A stretch of DNA of 64,000 nt from the human T2T-CHM13v2.0 reference genome, Homo sapiens. The position numbers were made by a program, and so were the translations under genes. Below are positions 40,843 to 55,739 of the stretch, in pieces. Position 1 is the first letter of the stretch. Each line of letters opens with the position of its first letter. The stretch is from assembly GCF_009914755.1 (NCBI RefSeq), contig NC_060928.1; one strand, written 5' to 3'. The notes below the pieces were generated by a model. The model was not told the DNA's origin. It did no database searches and saw nothing but the letters and a program-made list of their open reading frames with translations.

Positions 40843-43093
40843 TGAGACAGCCAGATGGGAGGGGGTCCCTGGAGAAACTCCAACCAGCCCGCCCACTGGG
40901 GTGGAGCCTCGGTAAGTTCATGAAGCAGTGAAGAGTCTGGCTTCTCCTCTTCCTGTGTGGAACCTGGGATTTGAGCAGCCTGGTGGAAGCGCTCTGGCAG
41001 GGACTCTGGTCTTGCGAGAGTCCCTGTTTCCCTCTTTTCTTTCCTTTCATCCAGTAAAATCCTGTCTTACTAATCAAATTGTCTGCAAGCCTGAATTTTC
41101 ATGGCTGTGGGACAAAGAACCCCACCTTTAGCTGAACTAAGGAAAAGTCCCGCGACACCAGCACCAGGGGTAATAGCTCTTCCTGCACTTACTACTTGAA
41201 GTATTTATCCATGTTGCAGTTTGCATTTTTAGTCTTCAGATACCTGTCTCTTTAGCCAGTTCACAATATCAAATTGTCCTCCTTATTTTCTAAAATTGTG
41301 GTTTATGCTTTTTTGTTTTTTGATAAAATCATAATTTTTTCAAACATTGCCAAATTTTTTAATATTTAAGAATAAGCTATATTGAAGGGTGGAGGAATCC
41401 TTTGTTTTTAGGTGTAAAAATTTTTTGACATATGAAATCATACTGTTATAAAGTATTACATATATAAAAAACTTGTGCTGTTAATATTGTACTTAGTATA
41501 TATTCTATTTAATAGCCTTTAATATATTTCATTTTAAAATGTACTACACATACATGTCAAAATTGAATTTGGCTTTATAAAATGAGAGATTTGCTTGCAG
41601 TCCTTCCTTGGCTTTCTAAGAAAACAATTTTAAGAGAATAAATACATCCTTAGAAATGAAATAAAGAGAGTTATGCACAAACTTCACTTTGTCCTTAAAA
41701 ATGCCAGTATCTTTCTAGTTTTTTTTTTTTTAGGTAAGACATTTTTTTCTATTCTATTTAATTTACTTTTAAAATTTGTTTTTATCATTAATACTCTAAA
41801 CATTTTAAAGGAAGTTTATTCCTCTTTGTCCCAGTGGGAAGATTTTTGTATGAAATTTCACAAAATTAGATGAAGAACTGTGTAATTCCCTAAGCAGAAT
41901 TCCTATAGGTTCTTATTACACAAATTAGCTTTTCAAGTGAGGTGAGGTAGCAGCTGCAGCACTAGGTAGGGGCTTCATGCCGCTCGGCAGGTAGGGGAGG
42001 GCTGGAGAAGAGGAGGAAGAAATAGTCTCTTGTCTTATTCTTTTAGTTCCTAGGGTTTGTGCTAGTGAAATTCACAGGAATCATCAATATATTTCTGTCT
42101 GCGTATTTCTTAGCAGGTCATATAACTCCTTTTGATACGGGATCCTCTTGGGTAATAGTTTAATTGTTCTATGTATAGACTTATAAAGCTTAATAAACAG
42201 GACATGAAGGAAGGTTTAAATGTTATTGTGAGTTCCCAATGTCAGTGAACAGATTATGATTTTTAATAGATTTAAAATAGATTTTGATTTGTTTGGGGAC
42301 TATCTTAGGATGCACAGAAATGCTGTTCTTCGTATTAAGATTGTGGATGCTTCCTCATTTGTAAAATCTTAGCAATTGTAGCTTATAGAGCATTTGTCTT
42401 TCCTAAAGAGATTTCTACAAGGAGAGGAACTGCTAGATTGTTAATGATAAGGTTTGCTGCTTTTCCTTAGGTACATGTGTTTCTGGTATAAATACTTACC
42501 TGAGTTGCTGGTGTTCCTTGCTGAGTGAACATAGTTGCTCATTGACTATTAATAAATGTTACTCTAAACATTCTAAATATTAGAACAACAGTTTTTAATG
42601 AAAATAATATATAAAAGAAAAATCCACCAATAAAATGAATAAAGTTTTTTGGGGTTTTTTTTTAGGTTACTCTCTCCATTGGGTCTTAAATTTAAGATGG
42701 GACAAGGCATCTCATGCTAGATATTTTGAAAAAATGGTGTTTTTACTAAGAATTAATTTGTAGTTACATTAATTCATTCAACAAATATTAACTGGGTTCC
42801 ACTTTTTTCCAGGCTTCATTAATGTTGTACCATATTTTTTTAAATGATTATTTTTAGGCCTTAAAATCCCGTGTATCTGTATGATTTTTTTTGTGGAGTT
42901 TTCATTTTGTTTTGTTTTAGTGATAGAATTGAGCTTTTCTTTTATCTGCTTTTCCAATATTTTCTTACCATTTAACTTTGAGGAAAAAAATTTCATAATT
43001 GGATGTCATTTTCATATATCAAGTAAGGAGCTATTGAAAGTAGCATATACCCACATAACAGGAGTTTACATTATAAAAGATTTAATTATCTAA

Positions 43094-43461
<368 letters not shown>

Positions 43462-45019
43462 TAGATGGATTCTATTGACTTTTTGTCTCATGGTCACAGC
43501 TTGACTGCCAGAGTAATCTGCATCATATCTTCTCACAACCATGTAAAATACAAGAACATGAAAAAAGATTTCTCTGTCTCTGCCTATTCCTTCCTCCCTT
43601 GTTCCCTGTTCCTTTACAAAGAGAAACATCTTTTCCTTAGTACTCCAGCAGACTTTCTGACTTGTATCAAGGCCGAAAACTGAGTCATGTCTAGCTTTAG
43701 CCCTAGAGGAGATTGGGGAATAAAATACCCCTCTCACATTTAGCCTCTTTAGTGGGAGACAGGCAAGAAAAAAAGTCAAATGGAAAAATTTGCTGGGTAA
43801 GCTACCAGTGGGGTCTGCCATAGTTGGTTCTTGGAATAACAAATAATGGACTAAAGTTCCATACAAACACATTCAGCCAATAAGATAGTAAGGCTGAAAT
43901 TAATGCCATACAGAGGAAGGGTTGTTAAAAGAATTTGCTCCAGGTGTCAAATATTCTACGTGTGTCACTGAAATGCAGTGCAGTGTTCTTATGAAAACAC
44001 GTAAAATATGTCAAAATGATTGGTACAGTCCCTGCCACACATTAGTTGCTCAATAAACATCAGTCTCTAACCTTTAATATATCATTTTTTGCAACATGTC
44101 TTCTAAATTTTGCCCCCAAAGGTGGCTTTATCAGATCTAGTTTGGTTACTTAAGAAACAAAACAAAAGCAACAAACAAAAAGAACACCTAAAATTCCTAT
44201 ATTCATAGACAATTTTACTTTTATACTCAATATGAAAACCGTTTAGCTATTATTTTAATTAATGTGGATAAGATCTTTCTCCTTCTCTCTTTCTGTTTCA
44301 TATTTTGCATTCTATAATTTTCCCCCATGCCTGAGAAACAATGTATATCTGCATATACTTATATTTATTTAGATGTAAGCATAAGGTTGAAATTTATAAT
44401 TTAAAATCCAGCAATAAAATAGTCATACAGTTTTCTACTTGTTTTAAATACTTCAAAACATTTAGTTTTTTCCAAATATTACACATAAATTTAGTCATAA
44501 TCCTGTTTTATTTTAATATAAATTTTGTTTCTAGACATGATTTTGACTGCTTTCTGCATTTATATGAACATGTAATATTTATTCTATTCCTAAATAATTA
44601 TACATGTATTTTGAAACCAGGAAGAATATTTTAGGCCATCTACATATCAATTTATGAGTTATGAAACAGAGCACTCCCTCAGAGAGGTGAAGCATTTTGC
44701 TCATCAGCTAGTTGGAGGCGCTGTTGGCCTAAATCATAAATTATCACTATGCAAAAGAAAAACTTTCGGTTTTGTTTGCCTCTACTAAGAAAATCTTTCC
44801 AGAATTTCTTATTACACATACAAAAGTTCTTCATCAGTGCTCTATATTTCAAAGTACATTTATATATATATAATTATTATATATCTATATATTAAATAAT
44901 CATACCAGATGTTAGCCAATAAAGATAACAAAATCATTCTGGAAAATTCAAACAGCAAAACAATAAGCAAAACAGAAACAAAATATAATATATTGGATAC
45001 AATAATGTTTGTTACTGTA

Positions 45020-45265
45020 AATTTAGTGTGGTGTTAAAGTTCTTGTTCTCCTAGCAAAAGTGCTTGGGTTCAAAATCCTGCCAACAGTTATGACATGATC
45101 AATACCTGTAACCTCTCTGGGACTCAGTTTTTATTATGTGTAAAATGGAGGTATCAATAACATATACCTCATACAGTTATTATGGGATTAACTTAGTTTA
45201 TACATGCAAAGCATTTAGAATATGACTTAGGAAGTAAGGAAGTAGAAAGCATTAGCTATTATTCT
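45020..45265 (+). mobile_element. MIR
   Basis: gggttcaaaatcctg...taacctctctgggactcagtttt...tgtaaaatggagg...aaagcatttagaa. Confidence 0.8.
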
Positions 45266-45299
45266 ACTAACACTACTACCGTTATTATTGACACTGGTG

Positions 45300-45490
45300 A
45301 TAATACCTGTCATTTTTGTGTTTATAACTGGCTGTCTACATTGTGCACACTTTACACACATATCTCATTTAATACTCCCCAAAATTTTTAAATTGGGAAC
45401 TCTAGTTTAGGAATAAATAAACTCAGTTGCAAAGTTATTCAAATACATATCCAAAGTCCAAGAACTATATTCCTGATTACCAGCCATACT
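45300..45490 (-). mobile_element. MIR
   Basis: cactttacacacatatctcatttaatactc. Confidence 0.55.
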
Positions 45491-47544
45491 CTTCATTAGT
45501 GTCCTGTATTTGAAGGGCAACTCAAGGTAAATGGGAAAAGTAGGTGTTAATAGGCAGAGAGGCTGGACAAAAAAATATTCAGAAAAATAGTGAGAAAAAA
45601 GAGGAGGAAAATGAACAGAAGAATAAGTAATAATGAGATTGTGAGTTAAGATAGGGCATGATATTGTGTTAGAGAATGCCAGTTGGGGGCCATTAAAAAA
45701 CTAAACCTGCCCGATGGAGTCCTCATGTGCCATATTTTAAGGGCATGAAGAGTGGTAACATGTATTAATCTATTGAAATTCTTAAAATATGACAAAAAAG
45801 TATTGATAGCTATAGTCCCATTTCATCTGAGAAAGTCAGTTGAATGGAGAAGATTATTCCTTAACTTCCCTGTAATGCTAAAGAAAGGACAGTAGAAGAT
45901 ATTTAATTTTAGTTATATTTAAAGAGATATTCCCCTATAACCGTATAGGTTTTTAAAAGACAGCTTAACTCCTTTTATTTATTTATATTCAATTTTTGAT
46001 TGTTAAAGTCTGATTTAAATGTTATTGAGATAATGTAAATATTAAATAGATCATATTACTTTGAAATCATTTTAATTGTTGAAATTAAGATGTTTATAAT
46101 TTTTGCTGACTTTGAAGTATATCTTGCTTACCAGCCCAATGGATGTTTTGATCATAAATCCAACAAAGGCTGGAATTGATGTCTATACTATCTCCTTAAC
46201 AATGTTTATATCAGTTTAATAATTTATAGTCTTTCAGACCAATTTATAAGTATTAATATTAAAATCAGTAAGAATATTATTCTTTGGAAAGCTGCCCAGT
46301 GAGATCAATGGTAACTATATTCAAAACACTTTTAGTTTTAATAAAACTAAAATGAAAGTTTTAGTTTTATTTAAAATTTAATAAAACTTAAATTTCATTT
46401 AAAAATGAAATAAGAAATTCCATACCCAGTTTTTTTGTTTAATTCTTCTACCCATGAATGAATTTCTCAAAGGTCATATTTTCTCTCTTATCTCTTATTT
46501 GAAGACTTAATTCTTAAGATAGATCAGCTTCTTAAATGATCATCTGTATTCAACGTAAAAATCAAAACCCACTGAGTTCTGACACTTTGTGGTTAAGTCC
46601 CTGAACTCTAGAAATGCAGTTCCTAATATAGAAAATAAATGATAGCCTTTTATATCAGTATTTTTGCCAGACCATTGAATCTTATTGTAAAACAGACAAA
46701 CTATAAAATTCAGTGGCTTGCATAATTATACCTCAAGACACAATGAACAAAATTGAACATCTTTAAATGCTCTTGTTCAAATAAATAGTTCAGTATTGTG
46801 GAAGATGTAGGTAGTAATTGTGCTGAATGCAGATGAATTTTAAATTTAGTCATCCTAAAAGAATATATTTAAATACGCAATGTTCCATAGTACCAAAAGA
46901 TAATAGCCAAAAATCTTAAGAAAAATTTGAAGAAAATACTGTTGATTATATTTCAGGTACAAATGTTCTTTATTCAACCTATATTTCTTGGCCACCTGAT
47001 GTACTTAAATAAAGGTATATGGAAATTATATGGCCCTTTCCAGAGGTAACTGTTTTATATTAGATACTGTAAAATAATGACCTTTTACAGCGTAAATTGA
47101 AAAAGTGCAAACTTCTCTTTCAAGAAATTTGCTCTTGAGCCAAAATAAATTCTTTGGTAAATTTTAAGAAAATTTTGCTACGTGTAATCTGCTTAATTCA
47201 GTGAATCATCATCAGCAGGTATGTCATTCCGTTTTTTGGAAAGGAGTAAAATGGGGATTCAGACCTTGTTATTAGCATGTCACATGGCCATGGCCATGGC
47301 CATGGATAAGCCACTTGGGAAGGGTGACCTGCATGCTTTTCTAGATCCTTTTCTGCTCTAACATCCTGAGTCTATAGTTTGTATCCCCTATGTAAAATAT
47401 TATACATAACATTTCAATGTATTTGATCATATTATAATCTACTTAAGGGAATTAACTACCAGATAGTTTATCAAGTGATAGAATTCTTTTTACAAAGTTA
47501 AGAATGTTTGTTCGAAATCGATCACTGATTTTTGCTTAAAGTAA

Positions 47545-47852
<308 letters not shown>

Positions 47853-48099
47853 GAGTGTTTTTTGGCTGAAAATTATGTCAAAGAATCTTTGTTTGGGTGT
47901 TCAGACACTGTTTTTGCAGTTAAAAATTTAATTAAAATTTATCTCTGGAACAATAATTGAATAAGAAGATAATTTCTTAGCTTTTCACAGCTCATCTTTA
48001 TCTCTAAAAATTTTCAAGCCATGTTGAATATAACACCCAACCTTTGAAATATGGGAAGAATTCTGATATCCATTCCTCATCTGAGAATAGATGAAAATA

Positions 48100-48235
48100 C
48101 AGATGCTGCTTGTCTTAGGATGGGGTTACATCCTGATAAACCCTTGAAGTACATGTTTTTCCAAATGTGTATCTCTTCCTTACCATCATAAATGTAAAAA
48201 TTGTAAGTGAACCCTTGTAAGTCAGGGACTATCTA
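48100..48235 (+). mobile_element. Internally deleted MER47/Tigger5 MITE
   Basis: cagatgctgcttgtcttaggatggggttacatcctgataaaccc ... ttgtaagtcagggactatcta; TA on both flanks. Confidence 0.78.
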
Positions 48236-48295
48236 TATTGCTTTCTCTTGGAAGTTTAGAAGCATGTTTTAAGCATTACACAATAGATTATAAAC

Positions 48296-51200
48296 TGTAT
48301 TAGTCCATTCTCATGCTGCTGTGAAGAAATATCCAAGACTGGGTATATTAGTCTATTTTTATGCTGCTGATAAAGAGATCCCAAGACTGGGAAGAGGAAG
48401 AGGTTTAACTGGACTTACACTTACGCATGGCTGGGAAAGTGTCAGAATCATAGCAGGAAGTGAACGGCACTTATTACAAGGTGGCAGCAAGATAAAGTGA
48501 GGAAGAATTAAAAATGGATAAACCCATCTGATTTCATGAGACTTATTTACTATCACAAGAATACCATAGGGAAGACTTGCCCCCATGATTCAATCACCTC
48601 CCCAGAAGTCTCTCCCACCACACATGGGAATTCTGGGAGATACAGTTCAAGTTGAGATCTGAATGGAGACACAGTCAAAGAATATCATTCTGCCCGTGCC
48701 TCCCCCAAATCTCATATCCTCACATTTCAAAACAAATCATACCTTCCTGACAGTCCCCCAAAGTCTTAACTCATTTCAGCATCAACCCCAAAGTCCACAG
48801 TCCATTGTCTCAACTTTGAAAAGTTAAGTCCCTACCACCTAGGAGCCTGTAACTCAAAAGCCAAGCTAGTTACTTCCTAGATACAATGGGGTTGCAAGCA
48901 TTGGGAAAGTACGGCTGTTCCAAATGGGAGAAATTGGCCAGAATAAGGTGGTTACAGGGACCATGCAAGTCCAAAATCCAATGGGACAGTCAAATTTTAG
49001 AACCTTTAAAATAATCTCTTTTGACTCCAGGTCTCACATCCAGATAATGCTGATGCAAGAGATGGGTTCCTATGGTCTTGGGCAGCTCTGCCTCTGGCTT
49101 TGCAGGGTGCAGCCTCCCTCCTGACTGCTTTCATGGGCTGGCATTGAGTATCTGTGGCTTTTCCAGGTGCACGGTACAAACTGACAGTGGAGCTACCATT
49201 CTGGGGTTTGGAGGATGGTGGCCCTTTTCTCACAACTCCATTAGGCAGTGCCCCAGTAGAGACTCTGTGTGGGGGGGCTCTGACCCCACATTTCCCTTCT
49301 GCACTGCCCTAGCAGAGGTTCTTCATGAGGGCCCCACCCCTGCAGCAAACTTTTGCCTGGGCATCCAGGCATTGCCATACATTTTCTGAAATCTAGGCGA
49401 AGGTTTCCAAACCTCAATTTTTGACTTCTGTGCACCTGCAGGCCCAATATCATGTGGAAGCTGTCAAGGCTTGTGGCTTCCACCCTCTGAAGTCACAGCT
49501 CAAGCTGTGCCTTGGCTCCTTTCAGCCATGGCTGAAGTGGCTGGGATATGGGGCACCAAATCCCTAGGCAGCACATAGCATGGGGACCCTGGGCCCAACC
49601 CACAAAACCACTTTTTCCTCCTGGACCTCTGGGCCAGTGATGGGAGGGGCTGCCGTGAGGGTCTCTGACGTGGTCTGAAGACATTTCCCCCACAGTCTTG
49701 GGGATTAATATTAGGCTCCTTGCTACTCATGCACATTGCTGCAGCCACCTTGAATTTCTCCTCAGAAAATGGGATTTTCTTTTCTACTGCATCATTAGGA
49801 TGCAAATTTTCTGAACTTTTATGCTGTTTCCTTATTAAAATGGAATGCTTTTAACACTACCCAGGTCACCTCTTGAATGCTTTCCTGCTTAAAAATTTCT
49901 TCTGCCAGATACCCTAAATCATCTCTCTCAAGTTCAAAGTTCCACAGATCTCTAGAATAGGGGCCAAACGCTGCCAATCTCTTTGCTGAAACATAGGAAG
50001 AGTCACCTTTGCTCCAGTTCCCAACAAGTTTCTCATCTCCATCTGAGACCACCTCAGTCTGGACCTTATTGTTCATATCAGTGTCAGCATTTTTGTCAAA
50101 GCCATTCAATAAGCCTCTAGGAAGTTCCAAACTTTCCCACATTTTCCTGTCTTCTTCTGAGCCCTCCAAACTGTTGCAGCCTCTGCCTATTGCTCAGTTC
50201 CAATGTCACTTCCACGTTTTCAGTTATCTTTTCAGCAACACCCCACTCCTGGTACCAATTTATTCTATTAGTCCATTTTCGCACTGTTTATAAAGACATA
50301 CCTGAGACTGGGAAGAAAAAGAGGTTTAATTGGACTTACACTTCTTCATGGCTGCGGAGGTCTCAGAATCATTGCGAGAGGTGAGAGGCACTTCTTACAT
50401 TGTGGCAGCAAGAGAAAATGAGGAAGAAGCAAAAGCAGAAACCCCTGATAAACCCATCAGATCTCATGAGACTTATTCACTATCATGAGAATAGCACTGG
50501 GAAGACTGGCCCCCATGATTTAATTACCTCCCCTTGGGTTCCTCCCACAACACGTGGGAATTCTGGGAGATAAAATTCAAGTTGAGATTTGAATGGGGAC
50601 ACAGCCAAACCATATCACTGGGTAATTTATGAAGAAAAGTATGGGAGAAATTGTCCCCATGATTCAATTACCTCCACCTGGTTCCTCCTATGACACATGG
50701 GGATTCTGGGAACTGCAATTCAAAATGAGATTTGGGTAGAGACACAGTCAAGCCATATAATTACACCACTGGCCCCTCCCACATCTCATGTCCTCATGTT
50801 TGAAAACATAATCATGCCTTTCCAACAGTCCCCCAACGTCTTAGCTCATTCCAACATTAACCCAAAAGTTCAAGTCCAAAGTCTCATCTGAGAAAAGGCA
50901 AGCCCTTCTGCCCATGAACCTGTAAAACCAAAAGCAAGTTAATTACTTCCTAGATACAAAGGGGGTACAGGCGTTGGGTATATTTACCATTCCAAATGGG
51001 AAAAATTGACCAAATCAAGGGGGCTTCAGGCCCAATGCAAGTCCAAAATCCAATAGGGTAGTCATTAAACCTTAAATTTCCAAAATAATCTCCTTGACTC
51101 CATGTCTCACATTCAGGTCTTACTGATGAAAGAGGTGGGCTCCCACAGACTTGGGCAGCTCCACCCCTGTGGTTTTGTAGGATACAGCCCCACTCCTGAC

Positions 51201-52729
51201 AGCTTTCATGAGCTGGCATAGAGCAACTCCAGTTTTTCCAGGTGCACAGTGTAAGGTGTTGGTGGATTTACCATTTTGGAGTCTGAAGGACAGTGGCCCT
51301 CTTCTTACAACTCCACTAGGAAGTGTCGCAGTGAGGACTCTGTGTGGGGGCTCTGACCCCACATTTCCCTTCTGCACTTCTCTAGCAGAGATTCACCGTG
51401 AGGACTCCAAACATGCAGGAAACTTCTGCCTGGACATCCAGGCATTTCCGTAGATCTTCTGAAATCTAGGGGAGGTTTCCAAACCTCAATTCTTGACTTC
51501 TGTGCACCAGCAGGCCTAATACCACATGTAAGGTACCAAGGCTTGGGGCTTGCACCTTCTGAAGCAAAGGCCTGCACTGTACATTGGCTCCTTTTATCCA
51601 TGGCTGGGACCTAGTGTAACAAGTCCTGAGACTGCACAAAGCAGTAAGCCCCTGGGCCCAGCCCACCTAACAATTTTTTCCTCCTAGGCCTCTGGGCCTG
51701 TGATGCGAGGGGCTGCTGTGAAGACCTTTGACATGTCCTGGAGACATTTTCCCCATTGTCTTGGAGATTAACATTTTGCTATTCATTACTTATGCAAATT
51801 TCTGCAGCTGGCTTGAATTTCTCCTCAGAAAATGGGTTTTTCTTTTCTACTGTGTCATCAGGCTGTAACTTTTCTAGACTTTTATGCTCTGCTTTCCTTT
51901 TAAATATAAGTTTCAATTCCAAACCATATCTTTGTGAATATATAAAACTGAATGCTTTTAAGAGCACCCACGTCACATTTTGAATGCTTTACTGCTTAGA
52001 AATTTCTTCTGCCAGATACCCTAAATTATTTATCTTAAGTTCAAAGTTCCACACATCTCTAGGGCAGGGTCAAAATGCCACCAATCTCTTTGCTAAAACA
52101 TAGCAAGAGTCACCTTTGCTCCAGTTCCCAACAAGTTCCTCATCTCTATCTGAGACCACCTCAGCCTGGACTTCATTGTCCCTATCACTATCAGCATTTT
52201 AGTCAAAGCCATCCAACAAGTCTCTAGGAAGTTCCAAACTTTCTCACATCTTTCTGTATTCTTTTGAGCCCTCCAAAGTGTTCCAACCTCTGCCTGTTAC
52301 CCGGTTCCAAAGTCATGTTCACATTTTCGGGTATCATTACTGCAGGGCTCCACTACCTGGTACCAATGTACTGTATTTGTCTGTTCTCATGCTGCTATGA
52401 AGAAATACCTGAGACTGGGTAATTTATAAAGAAAAGAGGTTTAACTGACTCACAGTCCACATGTCTGGGGAGGCCTCAGGAAACTTACAATGATGGCAGA
52501 GGGAACCTCTTCACAGGCGGCAGTAGAGAGAATGAGTGCAAGGGAAAACGGCAGATGCTTATGAAAACCATCTGATCTCATGAGGCTCACTCACTATCAT
52601 GAGAACAACATGGGAGAAACCAAACCCATGATCCGATTACCTCCACCTGGTCCCTCCCTTGACACATGAGGATTATGGAAACTACAATCCAAGATGAGAT
52701 TTGGGTGGGGACACAGCCCAACCGTATCA
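48296..52729 (-). mobile_element. Full-length THE1C-like MaLR (3' LTR 48296-48343 plus 50618-50760; internal 50761-52371; 5' LTR 52372-52729)
   Basis: LTR-internal-LTR on the minus strand; degenerate TSD taaac/ccaac. Confidence 0.88.
48344..50617 (-). mobile_element. Full-length THE1A nested in the THE1C 3' LTR (LTRs 48344-48687 and 50264-50617)
   Basis: THE1A diagnostic gagaaaatgaggaagaagcaaaagcagaaacccctgataaaccc; exact TSD ctggg at 48339-48343 and 50618-50622. Confidence 0.92.
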
Positions 52730-52734
52730 CCAAC

Positions 52735-52970
52735 ATTACTATGAATTAGGCATTGTACCAGGTGTTTGTTATAGTTGCTCACATATTAATTCATTTAATA
52801 CTAACAATACTTACCTAAGAAATGCACTATTTTTATTTCAATTTTAAAGATGAGGAAACTGAAGACACAACAATATTTAAATTATACAAGGGTTAGGAAC
52901 TAGAAAGTGGCAGAACTAAAATTATAATCCAGACAATTCGCTCTAGAACCTACCCTTCTAAGCACTAACT
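52735..52970 (-). mobile_element. MIR
   Basis: tattaattcatttaatact...attttaaagatgaggaaactgaagacaca...ctagaaagtggcagaact. Confidence 0.8.
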
Positions 52971-54992
52971 TGCCTCTCAGTTTGTAAGTTCTAAACATAC
53001 ATGACTCCAAATAGTTTTTCACAAATGATCACGTGGTACATGTGTTCCACAAAACCCACTATGCTACGGAAAAAAGTCCCAATTTTAAATAATTGTATAT
53101 TTAACTTTACTTGGACATCTTTTTAACACTATATGTTGGAGTAAAACTACTGTTACAAATTGATCTTCTGTTAAAATATAGAGGGCTTCATGCTTTAATT
53201 AATAGTTCCTTTTTTATTTTTAAATATTTGGTCTGCAGTTAAGTTTTAATTGTCAATTTATATTTGGCTCTATTCATTTTGTTAGTGAATACCAAAGTAG
53301 GTTAATAAGCATTCCACACCTTGTGAAAAACTTTCAAACTGGTCCTCAAATTTATTATAACTATTTTCCTGACAGTGCATCAGTCAGTTGATTTTAAAAA
53401 GAACTCTTTAAAATGAAATCAAGCTGCTTATGCACAATTCAGAGTCTTATCTTTTTATATTTGCCCTGAGGAAACTGCGATAGCTTAGATTTATGCATGT
53501 CTTATTTGGTTATATTTGTGAAGTATTTGATAGTGTTTCTGAAGATCTACAATTGCTTTTGTAGTGCAGTCAGGTGGTTTATTTTCTTCACTTTAGAAAT
53601 GGCTGTGATTTATGCAACTGATAAAAAACTGCTTTCAAGTTAACATATACAGAAAAGAGTATATAAAGCTAATAGCCAGAACAATCTGCCGAAAGCCATT
53701 GCTTTTTCAGGATAGTTGGAAACTGTCAAGTTGAGGAAGCAATGAATATATAAGTTTTGCACAATTCAACTTTAGATGTCTCCTGAGACCAGGGCTAACA
53801 TTGCTAACAGTTGACTTTGGTAGATAATAAAGTTTACAGATAAGGCTCATTAGAATTAGTATGCACTTAGAAATACATTTAAATTATGTATGCCTACCTT
53901 CAGTCTATATGAACATTAGTTGCATACTAATGAGTTGCAAGAAAAAATTAAAAGAAGTCATATCAATCGTATCTTCTGTGCCAAAGTTTTAGGTACTTAA
54001 TATGATCTTTCTTTGGAATGTTTGCAACAAAGTTCCTCTATTAAAAATATTTTATTTTCTTCATTTTTCTGTGTGTCTTCTCTTTGCGATAAGGTATGTG
54101 CATTTGAACAATGGTTGTTACCTAATTAGGAAGTTAATATTTCATCCTATTTGCCATTTAATCTAATTAAAAATAGCTAGTTGTAGATCTTTGAATCTTT
54201 ATGTTTTCTTAAAACATGATATGTATCCTAATGTTATGCTTTTTCACTCACTTATTTTTTCCTTATATCTATGTACTCATAACACTTTCCTCAACTATTT
54301 TAAGCATTTTATTTTATATTATTTTTGAAATTTCTTTCTAATATCTTAATTTACTGAATGTTCTCTATTTCTCCGATGCAGTAAGCAGGTCTCATTGCTT
54401 GGCAAAGAATCTCCAAAAAAATCTCTTCACAGATTCTATTCCTTCATCACAGTCTAACCTCTATATGTTCTTGATGTAGTTGGATAGACATTTGCATAGT
54501 AAATTCTACACTTAAGGATCTTTCTGTGTTAATTTTACATCTACTATAATTGTACTTAAAACGTCTATTTTAATAGCCCATTATATGTGTTTATAATGTT
54601 TTACATGTATGGGATCTCATATTTAATATCCACCTTTCTCTTTCACTGGGGCATGAAATAGAAAGATGAGTTATTGAAGTATCTCTCAAGAATGAATTTC
54701 CGTTTCTTTCTCCCCATTACCCATTTCCATCCTTGCTCCTGGACAAGAAAGAAGCCTGTTTTGAGTCACATGCTTTATAGAGGTTACCTATACACATTGC
54801 TTAATCTATGCAATAATTCTTGAAGTATGAACTATTTCCCAGTTATACAAAGCAACATGTCCTTGTTTTCTTTGTGTTTCAATAGGAGTCTAACAATATT
54901 TTTGAATTGACTCAGTTTACCCAAAAATTGCTCCTACCACTTAAGAATGTTAAATTTGAAACAACTCGTATGTCCTGCAAATAAATAGATAA

Positions 54993-55027
54993 TGTGTGTG
55001 TTTGTGTGTGTACATATATGTGTATAT
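54993..55027. repeat. (TG)n/(TA)n microsatellite
   Basis: Directly visible. Confidence 0.8.
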
Positions 55028-55337
55028 TTCCTCCATCTCATTAACATTTTATAAATATATTACTATATTTATATTTAATATATTCTGTATATATGTACAT
55101 CATTACCCTTATCTATTTAAAATTGAAAAATGAGAGGGACATTAATGCTAGAGTTGTGAATAGTATATTTGTATGAAAATATAAAATACTATAAACATAA
55201 ATATAAAATATTAAGTGTAATTTTTGCTATTTTATGTTAATTACAATTTCAAATATTTTGAAGAAATCTAAATAATAAATAAGCTTTATTAAAACATTCA
55301 TTTAGTTAGTATTTTGCCTTTATATTTTCACAGATAA

Positions 55338-55739
<402 letters not shown>

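Noticed and set aside
53005-53345. Possible ancient hAT-Charlie MITE
   Set aside because: Only faint terminal similarity; too weak to call without a profile search
54762-54914. Two AP-1 heptamers about 150 bp apart
   Set aside because: Several such 7-mers are expected by chance in 64 kb; no other support
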